A DNA stretch of 64,000 nucleotides from an uncultured Holophaga sp. (lineage in GTDB: Bacteria; Acidobacteriota; Holophagae; Holophagales; Holophagaceae): positions 576,001 to 640,000 of the forward strand of contig OY761614.1 in assembly GCA_963664825.1 (NCBI GenBank), written 5' to 3'. The notes beneath the pieces were generated by a model. The model searched no databases and was not told where the DNA came from. It saw only the letters and a program-made list of their open reading frames with translations. The position numbers were made by a program, and so were the translations under genes. Every line of letters starts with the position of its first letter. Position 1 is the stretch's first letter. Positions 11,428-19,718 of the stretch are shown here, piece by piece.

Positions 11428-13548
11428 TTAGATCCCCATGATGGCCCGGTACGCCTCCAGGAAATCACTAGCCTGGGGCAGGATCTCATCCTCCAGGCTG
11501 GGATGGTAGGCGATCCAGGTGTCCTTGGCGCCGATGCGGCGCAGGGGGGCGTCCAGCTCGAAGAACAGCTCGTCGGCGATGCGGGCGGCGAGCTCGGCGC
11601 CGTAGCCCCAGGACTTGCCGTCCTCATGGGCCACGATCACCCGATGGGTCTTCTTCACCGTGCGCTGGATGGCCTCCCAGTCGTAGGGGCTGAGTGTGCG
11701 CAAATCGATGACCTCGACATCGATGCCCTCGGCCTCGGCCAGGCGGGCCGCCTGGACGGCCCGGTAGACGGTGCTGCCGTACGTGATGACCGAAAGGCTC
11801 GTGCCTTCCCGCACCGTGCGGGCCTTCCCGAAGGGGATCATGAAATCCGGGCCGGGCTCGGCGCCCTTGTTGTGGATCTGGCGATAGAGATGCTTGGGTT
11901 CCAGGAAGAGCACGGGATCATCGCAGCGGATGGCCGTGCGCAGCAGTCCCGCGGCATCCAGCGCGGTGCTGGGGTAGACCACCCGCAGCCCAGGGATGTG
12001 GGTGAAGATGCTTTCGCCCGACTGGCTGTGGTAGACGCCGCCCCCCATGAGGTAGCCGCCTATGGGCACCCGCACCACCACGGGCGCCTTGAAGTCGTTG
12101 TTGGAACGCCAGCGGAAATTGGCCAGCTCGTCGCGAAGCTGCTGCATGGCCGGCCAGATGTAATCGAAGAACTGGATCTCCACCACGGGCTTGAAGCCCC
12201 GGCCCGCCAGGCCCAGGGCCCGGCCGATGATGGTGGCTTCGGCCAGGGGTGTGTTGTAGACCCGGTGGCTGCCGAAGGCCCTCTGGAGCCCGTGGGTGGC
12301 CTTGAAGACGCCGCCCTTGCCCTTCACCTCGACAAGGATCTCCTCCCGGCTGGCATCGGCCACATCCTGGCCGAAGACCAGGATCCGGGGATTCCGGGCC
12401 ATCTCTCCCTTCAGGGTGGAATTGATGAGATCGATCATGGTTTTTTGAAGACCCGCCGGATCCGGCGCCGTGTGTTCCGTATCGAAGGCCAGGGAGGTGG
12501 GATCCACATCCTCGCTGTAGAGGTACCTGTAGTAGCTGCCGGAATCCGGCGGAGGGGCGTCCTCGGCCTGCTCCCAGGCCAGATCGATCTCCGTCTGAAT
12601 CTCGGCCTTGAGTTCTTCCAGCCCCGCTTCCGTGAGATCCCCCAGTTCCAGAAGCTTGGCACCGAAGGTGAGGACGGGATCCCGCTTCTGCTCCTCGATC
12701 CTCTGGGCGGCGGTCTTGTAGAGGGCCTCGTCGTCCGAGAGGGAATGGCTGTAGGGCCTTATGGTCCGTGCGCGCACCAGGGCCGGGCCCCGGCGGGCCC
12801 GACAGTGCTCGGCGGCCCGGGCCATGGCGTGGACGGACGCGATGGGGTCGCAGCCATCCACGTCATCGATGACCAACAGCCCATGGGGCTCCCAGCCCTT
12901 GAGCAGGGCGGCCACATCGGCCCCGGCGTACTGGACTTCCGTGGGGGTGGAGATGGCGTATCCGTTATCCTCCACCAGGAAGAGCACGGGAAGCTTCAGG
13001 TTCACGGCGTTGTTCAACGCCTCCCAGAATTCCCCCTGGCTCACGGTGCCGTCCCCGGTGGTGGCCAGGGCGATCTCGTCGGGCCGGGCATCCATTTCAA
13101 GAGCGAGGCCCCCCTGCTCGGCCCGGCGCACGGCCTCCACGCAGCCCACGGCCTGGAGGAACTGGCTGCCCGTGGGGCTGGAGCTGGACCAGATGCGGCG
13201 CTGGGAGCTGCTCCAATGGGTGGGCATCTGGCGACCGCCGGTGGCCGGATCCAGCCTGGAACCCACGCTGGCTAGGAACATCTCCAGGGCCGTCACCCCC
13301 AGGCCATAACAGAGGGCCCGGTCCCGGTAGTAGAGGAAGAACCAGTCGTGGCCGCTCTTGAGCACCATGGCTGCCGCGGCACCGATGGCCTCGTGGCCCA
13401 CGCCATTGATCTGGAAGAAGACCTTGTTCTGGCGCTTGCCGGCGATCTCCCGGTCATCGATCCGGCGGGCGGCATAGATGGTGCGGAAGAGGGCCAGGCG
13501 CTGCCCGCGGGTGAGTTGGGGATCGAGTTCAGGGACTTCTAAGGCCAC
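11428..13548 (-). CDS. 2-oxoacid dehydrogenase E1, fused alpha/beta subunit (probably branched-chain type)
   Basis: GHEA, YYRDR, TGDG...EALN ThDP motif, PYSHSLSD; beta part [28 protein letters not shown]. Confidence 0.93.
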   Translation of the reverse strand: MALEVPELDPQLTRGQRLALFRTIYAARRIDDREIAGKRQNKVFFQINGVGHEAIGAAAAMVLKSGHDWFFLYYRDRALCYGLGVTALEMFLASVGSRLDPATGGRQMPTHWSSSQRRIWSSSSPTGSQFLQAVGCVEAVRRAEQGGLALEMDARPDEIALATTGDGTVSQGEFWEALNNAVNLKLPVLFLVEDNGYAISTPTEVQYAGADVAALLKGWEPHGLLVIDDVDGCDPIASVHAMARAAEHCRARRGPALVRARTIRPYSHSLSDDEALYKTAAQRIEEQKRDPVLTFGAKLLELGDLTEAGLEELKAEIQTEIDLAWEQAEDAPPPDSGSYYRYLYSEDVDPTSLAFDTEHTAPDPAGLQKTMIDLINSTLKGEMARNPRILVFGQDVADASREEILVEVKGKGGVFKATHGLQRAFGSHRVYNTPLAEATIIGRALGLAGRGFKPVVEIQFFDYIWPAMQQLRDELANFRWRSNNDFKAPVVVRVPIGGYLMGGGVYHSQSGESIFTHIPGLRVVYPSTALDAAGLLRTAIRCDDPVLFLEPKHLYRQIHNKGAEPGPDFMIPFGKARTVREGTSLSVITYGSTVYRAVQAARLAEAEGIDVEVIDLRTLSPYDWEAIQRTVKKTHRVIVAHEDGKSWGYGAELAARIADELFFELDAPLRRIGAKDTWIAYHPSLEDEILPQASDFLEAYRAIMGI

Positions 13549-13645
13549 AGGCTCTCCTGAGGGTTAGACAGATGCGGGCTGGAGGCCCGCAGGCAAAGGG
13601 CGACATAGCTTCGATGCCCTTTCTCCGGCTTCGTTCAACGAGAAG

Positions 13646-14995
13646 CTACAATCCCAGCAGTTCCCTCAGCCGAGGCACCGCCCCCCGGCGGACCTTGAGT
13701 TCCAGATGTTCCCCGACCCGTGCCCTGGCGCGTCCCCCGAAGGCCGGTCTGAGGGCCACCACGGTCTCGGGGTGCAGCAGCACATGGCGCTGGATCCGCA
13801 GGAACAGGGTGTGCCGAAAGACCTCTTCCACCTCCCCCAGGTTTCGCCAGGAGGTGCCATAGCGCTTCTCCTGGCACCAAGCCCACACATGGTCATCCCT
13901 TTCCTCGAAATGGGTGGTCTGCTTCAGGTCCAGGGTCAGGCGCCGATCCCCGGACAGGGCGGTATAGGCATCCGGAGGGCTCGGAATCTCGGGCTCGAGA
14001 GGTTTCGGCACCCTGGGTTCCAGCGTCTCCGAAGACTGGATGGGCAGGGAAGGTGCCTTCGGTTTCCCCTTTGCCCTGGGCGATTTAGATTCCTCAAGGC
14101 GTGGCTTCGGTGAGCCCTCCAGACCCACCTCCATCCGGCAGGCGCGGAAGAGGGCCGAGAGATCCTGGGCGCCGAGTCCCTTGGCCTTGGCGGCCTTGAG
14201 CCTCTGAGAGAGGAGATCTGCCATCGGCAAGACGATGCCCATCTCCTCCAAGGCCCGGAAGACCCATTGGGTGCCCTGCATCGCCTGCTCCAGGCTCAGA
14301 TCCGCGGGCTCGAAGGCGTGGCGCACCATCAGGCCGCCATAGGTATCCATCATGGGGGACTTGAAGATCGCGGTATTGAGAAGGCGCAGGAATTCCGCAG
14401 GTGGCAGGCCCGCCTTTTCGCCCAAGGCCAGGACCTCGGCAAGCCCCTCCACCACGACCGCCGTCAGCATATCGCCTCCCAATTTCACGGCGTGGGCCAC
14501 TTCTGGAACGAGGCCCACCCGCGTCAGACCGCGCCCCAACGCGTCAAAGATTCCGAGGCAGCGGGTCACGGGAGCCTCGGCGCCCCCCACCACGATCCAG
14601 AGATGACGGGAGGCCGCCGCGCCGGGCCTGCCGAAGACCGGTGCTGCCACGTATCCCTGGCCCTTCTCACCGTGGGCTGCGGCCAGGTTCCGGGAGGTCT
14701 CCACACCGAGGGTGCTCATGCAGAGATGGATGGCCCCTGGTGGGAGATGGACGAGAAGCCCGGAGGGACCAAAGGTGAGAGCCTCTTCCGCCCCGTCGCC
14801 AGCCACCATGGTGAGGGCGACCTGGGCCTCGCCAACGGCCTCGGCCACCGTCGAGGCGATGCGCCCCACGGTGGAGCCAAGCTCGAGGGCTCGGGCTGGG
14901 GTGCGGTTGTAGAGCGTGACTTGGTGCCCGACCGCGGCAAGGTTACGCGCCATGGGAGCACCCATCCTGCCCAGCCCAAGGACCGCGATGCGCAT
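13646..14995 (-). CDS. 3-hydroxyisobutyrate-dehydrogenase-family NAD(P) oxidoreductase fused to C-terminal LytTR-like domain
   Basis: MRIAVLGLGRMGAPMARNL, YNRT, APVFG, AVKL; Pro/Lys linker; tail FLRIQRHVLLHPETV...LKVRRGAVPRLRELLGL; GGAGG SD before ATG 14995. Confidence 0.85.
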   Translation of the reverse strand: MRIAVLGLGRMGAPMARNLAAVGHQVTLYNRTPARALELGSTVGRIASTVAEAVGEAQVALTMVAGDGAEEALTFGPSGLLVHLPPGAIHLCMSTLGVETSRNLAAAHGEKGQGYVAAPVFGRPGAAASRHLWIVVGGAEAPVTRCLGIFDALGRGLTRVGLVPEVAHAVKLGGDMLTAVVVEGLAEVLALGEKAGLPPAEFLRLLNTAIFKSPMMDTYGGLMVRHAFEPADLSLEQAMQGTQWVFRALEEMGIVLPMADLLSQRLKAAKAKGLGAQDLSALFRACRMEVGLEGSPKPRLEESKSPRAKGKPKAPSLPIQSSETLEPRVPKPLEPEIPSPPDAYTALSGDRRLTLDLKQTTHFEERDDHVWAWCQEKRYGTSWRNLGEVEEVFRHTLFLRIQRHVLLHPETVVALRPAFGGRARARVGEHLELKVRRGAVPRLRELLGL

Positions 14996-15061
14996 GGGAC
15001 CTCCGGAAGCCCCCATCCTAGCCCCTCGCCCCCGGAGAATGTCCCTCAAAAATGGACGCCC

Positions 15062-15100
15062 AAAAAGGCTTCGGCGCCCTAGAAACAGGACGCCGAAGCC
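15062..15100 (-). terminator. Rho-independent terminator of amt1
   Basis: GGCTTCGGCG...CGCCGAAGCC stem followed by TTTTT on the minus strand. Confidence 0.85.
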
Positions 15101-15119
15101 ATCAGAAGAGGGAGGCCGA

Positions 15120-16370
15120 TCAGAGCCCCTGGGGGTAGGCTTCCTCGCCGTGCAGTTCGGCGTCGAGGCCATGTTCTTCGGCTTCCTTGTCCACCCGGAC
15201 AGGCGTGATGCGGTCGATGATCCAGAGCATCCCGTAGGTGAAGCAAAAGGCCCAAATGGAGGAGACCGCCACGGCCACCAGCTGCTTGAAGAAGAAGCTC
15301 GTGCCTCCACCCATGAGGAGACCGTTGGTCACAATGGCGGGGTTCCATTCCTTAGCCGCGAAGAGGCCCAAGAAGATCACGCCGATGAAGCCCCCCACAC
15401 CGTGGACGCCCCAGACATCCAGCGCGTCATCCCAGCCCAGCTTGTTCTTCATGGCCACGGCGTAGAAGCAGATGCAGCCCGCCATGATGCCGATGAGGGC
15501 CGCAACCGCAGGGCTCACGTAGCCCGCACAGGGTGTAATGGTGGCCAGACCCGCCACAGCCCCCGTGAGCAGGCCCACGAGCTTGGGCTGCTTGGCATTC
15601 ATCCATTCGATCATCAGCCAGGTGGCCGCAGCGAAGGAGGCGGCGATATCGGTATTCAGGAAGGCGGAGGCGGTGATGCTATCCACGCGCAGTTCGGAAC
15701 CTGCATTGAAACCGTACCAACCGAACCAGAGAAGGCCCGTGCCCAGTGCGATGAGGGGCACGTTGTGGGGGATGTTTTCGACCACCTTGCGGCGGCCCAC
15801 GTAGAGGATGGAGGCCAGGGCCGCGAGACCGGCTGTGTTATGCACCACGATGCCGCCGGCGAAGTCCAGCACACCCCACTTGGCCAGGATGCCCTCGGGG
15901 CTCCACACCATGTGAACGAAGGGGAAGTAGACGAAGATCAGCCAGGCCGTGAGGAAGAGGAAGTAGGCCTTGAAGGTGACGCGATTGGCGAAGGCACCGG
16001 TGATGAGGGCCGGCGTGATGATGGCGAACATCATCTGGTAGGCCACATGGACGATGAGGGGAATGCCCGCGTCGTTGCCCGTGAACATCGTATGGAGGGT
16101 GATATTACGCAGGAAGGCGTAGTGGCCGGGGTGGCCCACGATGCCGTGCCAGGTGGGGCCAAAGCACATGGAATAGCCGAAGGCGAACCAGAGCACCGTG
16201 GTCCAACCCAGGCTCACGAAGCTCTGGGTCATGATCGTCAGCACGTTCTTGCGGCCCACCAGGCCGCCGTAGAAGAACGCGAGGCCAGGCGTCATCAGCA
16301 TCACGAGGCTGGCGCATATCAGCATGAAGGCGGTATTGCCGAGATTGATCGGCATGGGAGCGGGATTCAC
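15120..16370 (-). CDS. amtB: Ammonium transporter (Amt family), copy 1
   Basis: MTPGLAFFYGG, YQMMFAIIT, DFAGGIVVH, WFGWYGFNAGS, DDALDVWGVHG (twin His intact), GLD..LHGEEAY; AGGAGG before GTG. Confidence 0.97.
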   Translation of the reverse strand: MNPAPMPINLGNTAFMLICASLVMLMTPGLAFFYGGLVGRKNVLTIMTQSFVSLGWTTVLWFAFGYSMCFGPTWHGIVGHPGHYAFLRNITLHTMFTGNDAGIPLIVHVAYQMMFAIITPALITGAFANRVTFKAYFLFLTAWLIFVYFPFVHMVWSPEGILAKWGVLDFAGGIVVHNTAGLAALASILYVGRRKVVENIPHNVPLIALGTGLLWFGWYGFNAGSELRVDSITASAFLNTDIAASFAAATWLMIEWMNAKQPKLVGLLTGAVAGLATITPCAGYVSPAVAALIGIMAGCICFYAVAMKNKLGWDDALDVWGVHGVGGFIGVIFLGLFAAKEWNPAIVTNGLLMGGGTSFFFKQLVAVAVSSIWAFCFTYGMLWIIDRITPVRVDKEAEEHGLDAELHGEEAYPQGL

Positions 16371-16548
16371 AAAACCTCCTCGGGGGGGTGAAGGAAAGGG
16401 AATGGGATCGGAACGGCGGGATAGAGCTCCCGCCGCTCCCGTTCAAAACCGGAAGCAGCCGGTACATGCGGGACGGGTGAACCCCACCAGGCTTCCAGGC
16501 GCCTGCGCCAGGGCTGGAGGGTCGAAGATATTTAACCCTAGGCCTGGA

Positions 16549-16590
16549 TTTTTATGCCATCTTTACGCGTATTTTTACGTGATTTTTACA
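16549..16590. promoter_or_regulatory. T-rich direct-repeat array (KdpE-box-like) upstream of amt1
   Basis: TTTATG 16551, TTTACG 16562, TTTACG 16574, TTTACA 16585 (spacing 11/12/11); matching array at 18059. Confidence 0.7.
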
Positions 16591-16640
16591 CCGCTCCCAG
16601 TGGGGAGGGCATGCCTTGGATTGCGGTGCCTCCTCCCCCC

Positions 16641-16680
16641 AAAAAGGGAGGGACCCCAGGCCTGATGACCTGGGGTCCCC
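16641..16680 (-). terminator. Rho-independent terminator of porin gene
   Basis: GGGACCCCAGG-8nt-CCTGGGGTCCC stem, then CCCTTTTT on the minus strand. Confidence 0.8.
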
Positions 16681-16706
16681 GCTTTGTCGTGCCTTTGGGA
16701 ACGGCT

Positions 16707-17873
16707 TCAGAAGCTGGTGCCGAAGCTCCACGTGAGGCTGGTGGCGTCCCGGAAGGACTTGAACCCATCGGAAACGCCCGACAGGACGTCCTTATTCAGG
16801 CTATCGCGGCGCACTTCCAGGCGGCTGAAGGTGGCGGCCCATTTTCGTTCCAGGCCGAGGGCCACGGACGTGGCCTTGAGGTTGGCGTTCAGGAGCCCTG
16901 CGAAGGCCGTCCCAGCGGCATTGACCAGGCTCCCATTGATGCTGGGATCGGCCAAGAGGCGGACACCCTTGTCATCCTTCAGATACTCGCCCCGGGCGAA
17001 GAGGGCCCAGCGCTCATCGAGCTGAAGCTTGTAGATGGCACCGAGGCCTGACCAAGCAGCCTTCACATCACCCTGCCCCGCAGCGCCACGGATGGCCTCG
17101 GCAGCGAAGGACTCCTGACCGTATTCCAATTCCCACTGGAGCGTCGACGCTCCCCAAACCCACTGACCCAGAATGCAGGCTCGTTCCCGAGGACGTCCCT
17201 CGGCACCCGTATTGACGCTAGCCTGCTCGACGCCGCGGTAGACCATCAAGGACGCGAATTTGTCCGCAGCTCCTGCATGGTTGTAGGTCAGACCCAGTCC
17301 CAGGGTCTTGCCCTTGTTGTTGTCCCGCACCCGGTCCTCACCGTTGAAAGCCCAGACGTCCGTGCTCCAGGAGGACGTGAAGGCGTGGTGCCAGTTGATC
17401 CCCACCTGGGCAAAGGGATCGGCGTAGGTATAGAGGAGCCCTCGGCTGGCGGTCACATCCTGGGTGTGGTCCACGACCTCCATGCCAAGACTGGTCCACA
17501 TGCGCCCGAGCTTCACCGTGTCATGGCCCCCTGTCCAGATGAGCATGGCCTCCGGATAGGCGATGGAACCCGTCTCCTGGGCGTTGGTGGCGTTCAGGAC
17601 CTTCGCGCTCTGTCCCCCTAGCACCGTGAACTTGGCCGACCAGCCCTGGGCGAGGGTGACGTCGGCGCCGAACTGGAGGCCATCCAGGGCGATCTGGCCC
17701 TCTCCCGCGTCCACACCCCGCAGGAAGAGGCCGTCATCGGTGGTCTGGCGGTCGGAGGCGGCCCCGGAGGCCCACACGGCCCCTCTCCACTTGATGGATG
17801 GGCCCGGTACCGTTTGGGCTACGAGCAGCGCCCCCGTCGAGGCGAGAAGGGTGAGTAGGAGCGGATATCGCAT
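16707..17873 (-). CDS. Outer-membrane beta-barrel porin (BBP2/PF07642-like)
   Basis: Signal peptide; GRMWTSLGMEV, SRGLLYTY..PF, NGED...DNN.GK, ARGEYLKD, RLEVRRD; terminal Phe. Confidence 0.78.
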   Translation of the reverse strand: MRYPLLLTLLASTGALLVAQTVPGPSIKWRGAVWASGAASDRQTTDDGLFLRGVDAGEGQIALDGLQFGADVTLAQGWSAKFTVLGGQSAKVLNATNAQETGSIAYPEAMLIWTGGHDTVKLGRMWTSLGMEVVDHTQDVTASRGLLYTYADPFAQVGINWHHAFTSSWSTDVWAFNGEDRVRDNNKGKTLGLGLTYNHAGAADKFASLMVYRGVEQASVNTGAEGRPRERACILGQWVWGASTLQWELEYGQESFAAEAIRGAAGQGDVKAAWSGLGAIYKLQLDERWALFARGEYLKDDKGVRLLADPSINGSLVNAAGTAFAGLLNANLKATSVALGLERKWAATFSRLEVRRDSLNKDVLSGVSDGFKSFRDATSLTWSFGTSF

Positions 17874-18058
17874 GGTTTCCTCGAAGGGCAAGGGGTGAAA
17901 GGCGGATCATCGACGGGCCCAGGGGGCTCCCCGAACAGAAGGGCAGACCTCCATCTAGGGGGCGGCGACCCACAGACAGTCTGTTGGCGCATTCTGCCAC
18001 CTTTTGAGCCCCACCGAATCATCGAAGGCCTACCCCTGCGAAGGGCGACATGGTTCTG

Positions 18059-18100
18059 TTTTTATGGAATTTTTGCACGAGCATTTACCTGATTTTTACG
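18059..18100. promoter_or_regulatory. Second T-rich direct-repeat array (KdpE-box-like) between porin and amt2
   Basis: TTTATG 18061, TTTGCA 18072, TTTACC 18084, TTTACG 18095 (spacing 11/12/11); 31/41 nt identical to the 16549 array, ungapped. Confidence 0.7.
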
Positions 18101-18353
18101 CACATATCCAATTAGCCTTTGGAAGGCCACTCCATGCCTTTGGGGTGTCACCGCTAGAGTTGCTCCCCATGGCCGCAGCCTTTCAATTTTTTTCAATATG
18201 GGGCCTGGCCTAGTGCTGCGATTCGTTCATGCCAATAGTTAAATGTATTGTCCATATTGCGACGTCACTCACACGGAACTCGAAAAGCCTTTTACCAAAA
18301 GGCACCACGAAACCCCTTCACAACCACGGACCTTCATTCCAGAGGAGAACGAA

Positions 18354-19577
18354 ATGACCCCCGCTTTAGACACAGGCAATGTAGCCTTCATGCTAGTTGC
18401 CGCCAGCTTGGTGATGCTCATGACACCCGGGTTGGCCTTTTTCTACGGTGGACTGGTCGGCCGCAAGAATGTGCTGGCGATCATGATCCAGAGCTTCGTA
18501 TCCATGGGCTGGACCACCTTCCTCTGGTGGGCCTGCGGGTATTCCCTCGTCTTCAGCGGCGGGGAGGGCGCCATCATCGGCAACCTCAAACTCGCCTTCA
18601 TGCATGGCGCCATGCCGACGGATATCCATGTCGCCAGCGGGATGCCCCTCTTCGTGGTCTTCGTCTACCAGATGATGTTCGCCATCATCACCCCCGCCCT
18701 GATCACGGGCGCCTTCGCCAACCGGATCAAGTTCTCGGCCTACCTGATATTCCTCACCCTGTGGATGCTCTTCGTCTACTTCCCCATCGCCCACATGGTC
18801 TGGGGCGGAGGCCTCTTCGCGAAGTGGGGCGTGCTGGACTTCGCCGGCGGCACGGCCGTCCATGCCACGGCCGGGTTCGCCGCTCTGGCTTCCGTGATCT
18901 ACGTCGGCAAGCGGAAATTCGCCGACAAGGGTCCCCACAGCATTCCCCTGGCGGCCCTCGGCACGGCCCTGCTCTGGTTTGGCTGGTACGGCTTCAATGC
19001 CGGCAGCGAGATGAAGGTCGATCACGTCACCATCACCGCGTTCATCAACACCGATATCTGCGCCTCCATTGCCGCCATCACCTGGCTGGCCATCGCCTGG
19101 AAGTTCGAGAAGAAGCCCAAGTTCGTGGGCCTTCTCACGGGCGCCGTGGCGGGCCTGGTGGCCATCACCCCCGCTGCGGGCTATGTCAGCATCAATGGGG
19201 CCGTGGTCATCGGCGTAATCGTCAGCGTCATCTGCTACCTGGCCGTAGAGCTCAAGAACAAGATGGGCCTCGATGACGCCTTGGATGTCTGGGGTGTCCA
19301 CGGCGTCGGTGGCGTGGTGGGCTGCATCTGCACGGGCATCTTCGCCACCAAGCTCTGGAACCCCGCCGGGGCCGATGGCCTCCTCCGCGGTGGCACCCAT
19401 TTCTTCTGGATGCAGGTCCTCAGCGTGGCCATCACCGCCGCTTACGCCTTCGTGTTCAGCTACGTGGCCCTCTGGCTCATCAATAAGGTGACCCCCGTAA
19501 AGGTGACCCCCGAGGAAGAAGAAGAAGGGCTCGATACCGCCATGCACGGCGAAGAGGCCTACATCTCCATCGACTAA
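18354..19577 (+). CDS. amtB: Ammonium transporter (Amt family), copy 2
   Basis: Same Amt motifs (DFAGGTAVH, DDALDVWGVHG, GLDTAMHGEEAY); AGAGGAG SD before ATG 18354. Confidence 0.97.
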   Translation: MTPALDTGNVAFMLVAASLVMLMTPGLAFFYGGLVGRKNVLAIMIQSFVSMGWTTFLWWACGYSLVFSGGEGAIIGNLKLAFMHGAMPTDIHVASGMPLFVVFVYQMMFAIITPALITGAFANRIKFSAYLIFLTLWMLFVYFPIAHMVWGGGLFAKWGVLDFAGGTAVHATAGFAALASVIYVGKRKFADKGPHSIPLAALGTALLWFGWYGFNAGSEMKVDHVTITAFINTDICASIAAITWLAIAWKFEKKPKFVGLLTGAVAGLVAITPAAGYVSINGAVVIGVIVSVICYLAVELKNKMGLDDALDVWGVHGVGGVVGCICTGIFATKLWNPAGADGLLRGGTHFFWMQVLSVAITAAYAFVFSYVALWLINKVTPVKVTPEEEEEGLDTAMHGEEAYISID

Positions 19578-19596
19578 AAGACCCGTTCAGACAGAG

Positions 19597-19632
19597 AGGA
19601 GGGGCGGCGCCCGAGGCGCAGCCCCTCCTTCT
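19597..19632 (+). terminator. Hairpin between amt2 and kdpD (weak U-tract)
   Basis: AGGAGGGGC...GCCCCTCCT stem followed by TCT. Confidence 0.5.
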
Positions 19633-19718
19633 GCCTAGGGCTCCCTTTCATACACGCGGCCTTCGAGGCCTCCGCCCATGAGATCATCTGAGAAGCAGTC
19701 CTCAGGAGCGAAACCCGG

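Noticed and set aside
17880..17960. c-di-AMP (ydaO) riboswitch suggested by GGGGTGAA and CCCGAAC
   Set aside because: Wrong strand for the adjacent gene, and the conserved GTCAGCTAAC-type 3' motif is absent
18120..18240. Sigma54 promoter for the amt genes
   Set aside because: The candidate GG...GC pairs checked do not have the required 10-nt spacer
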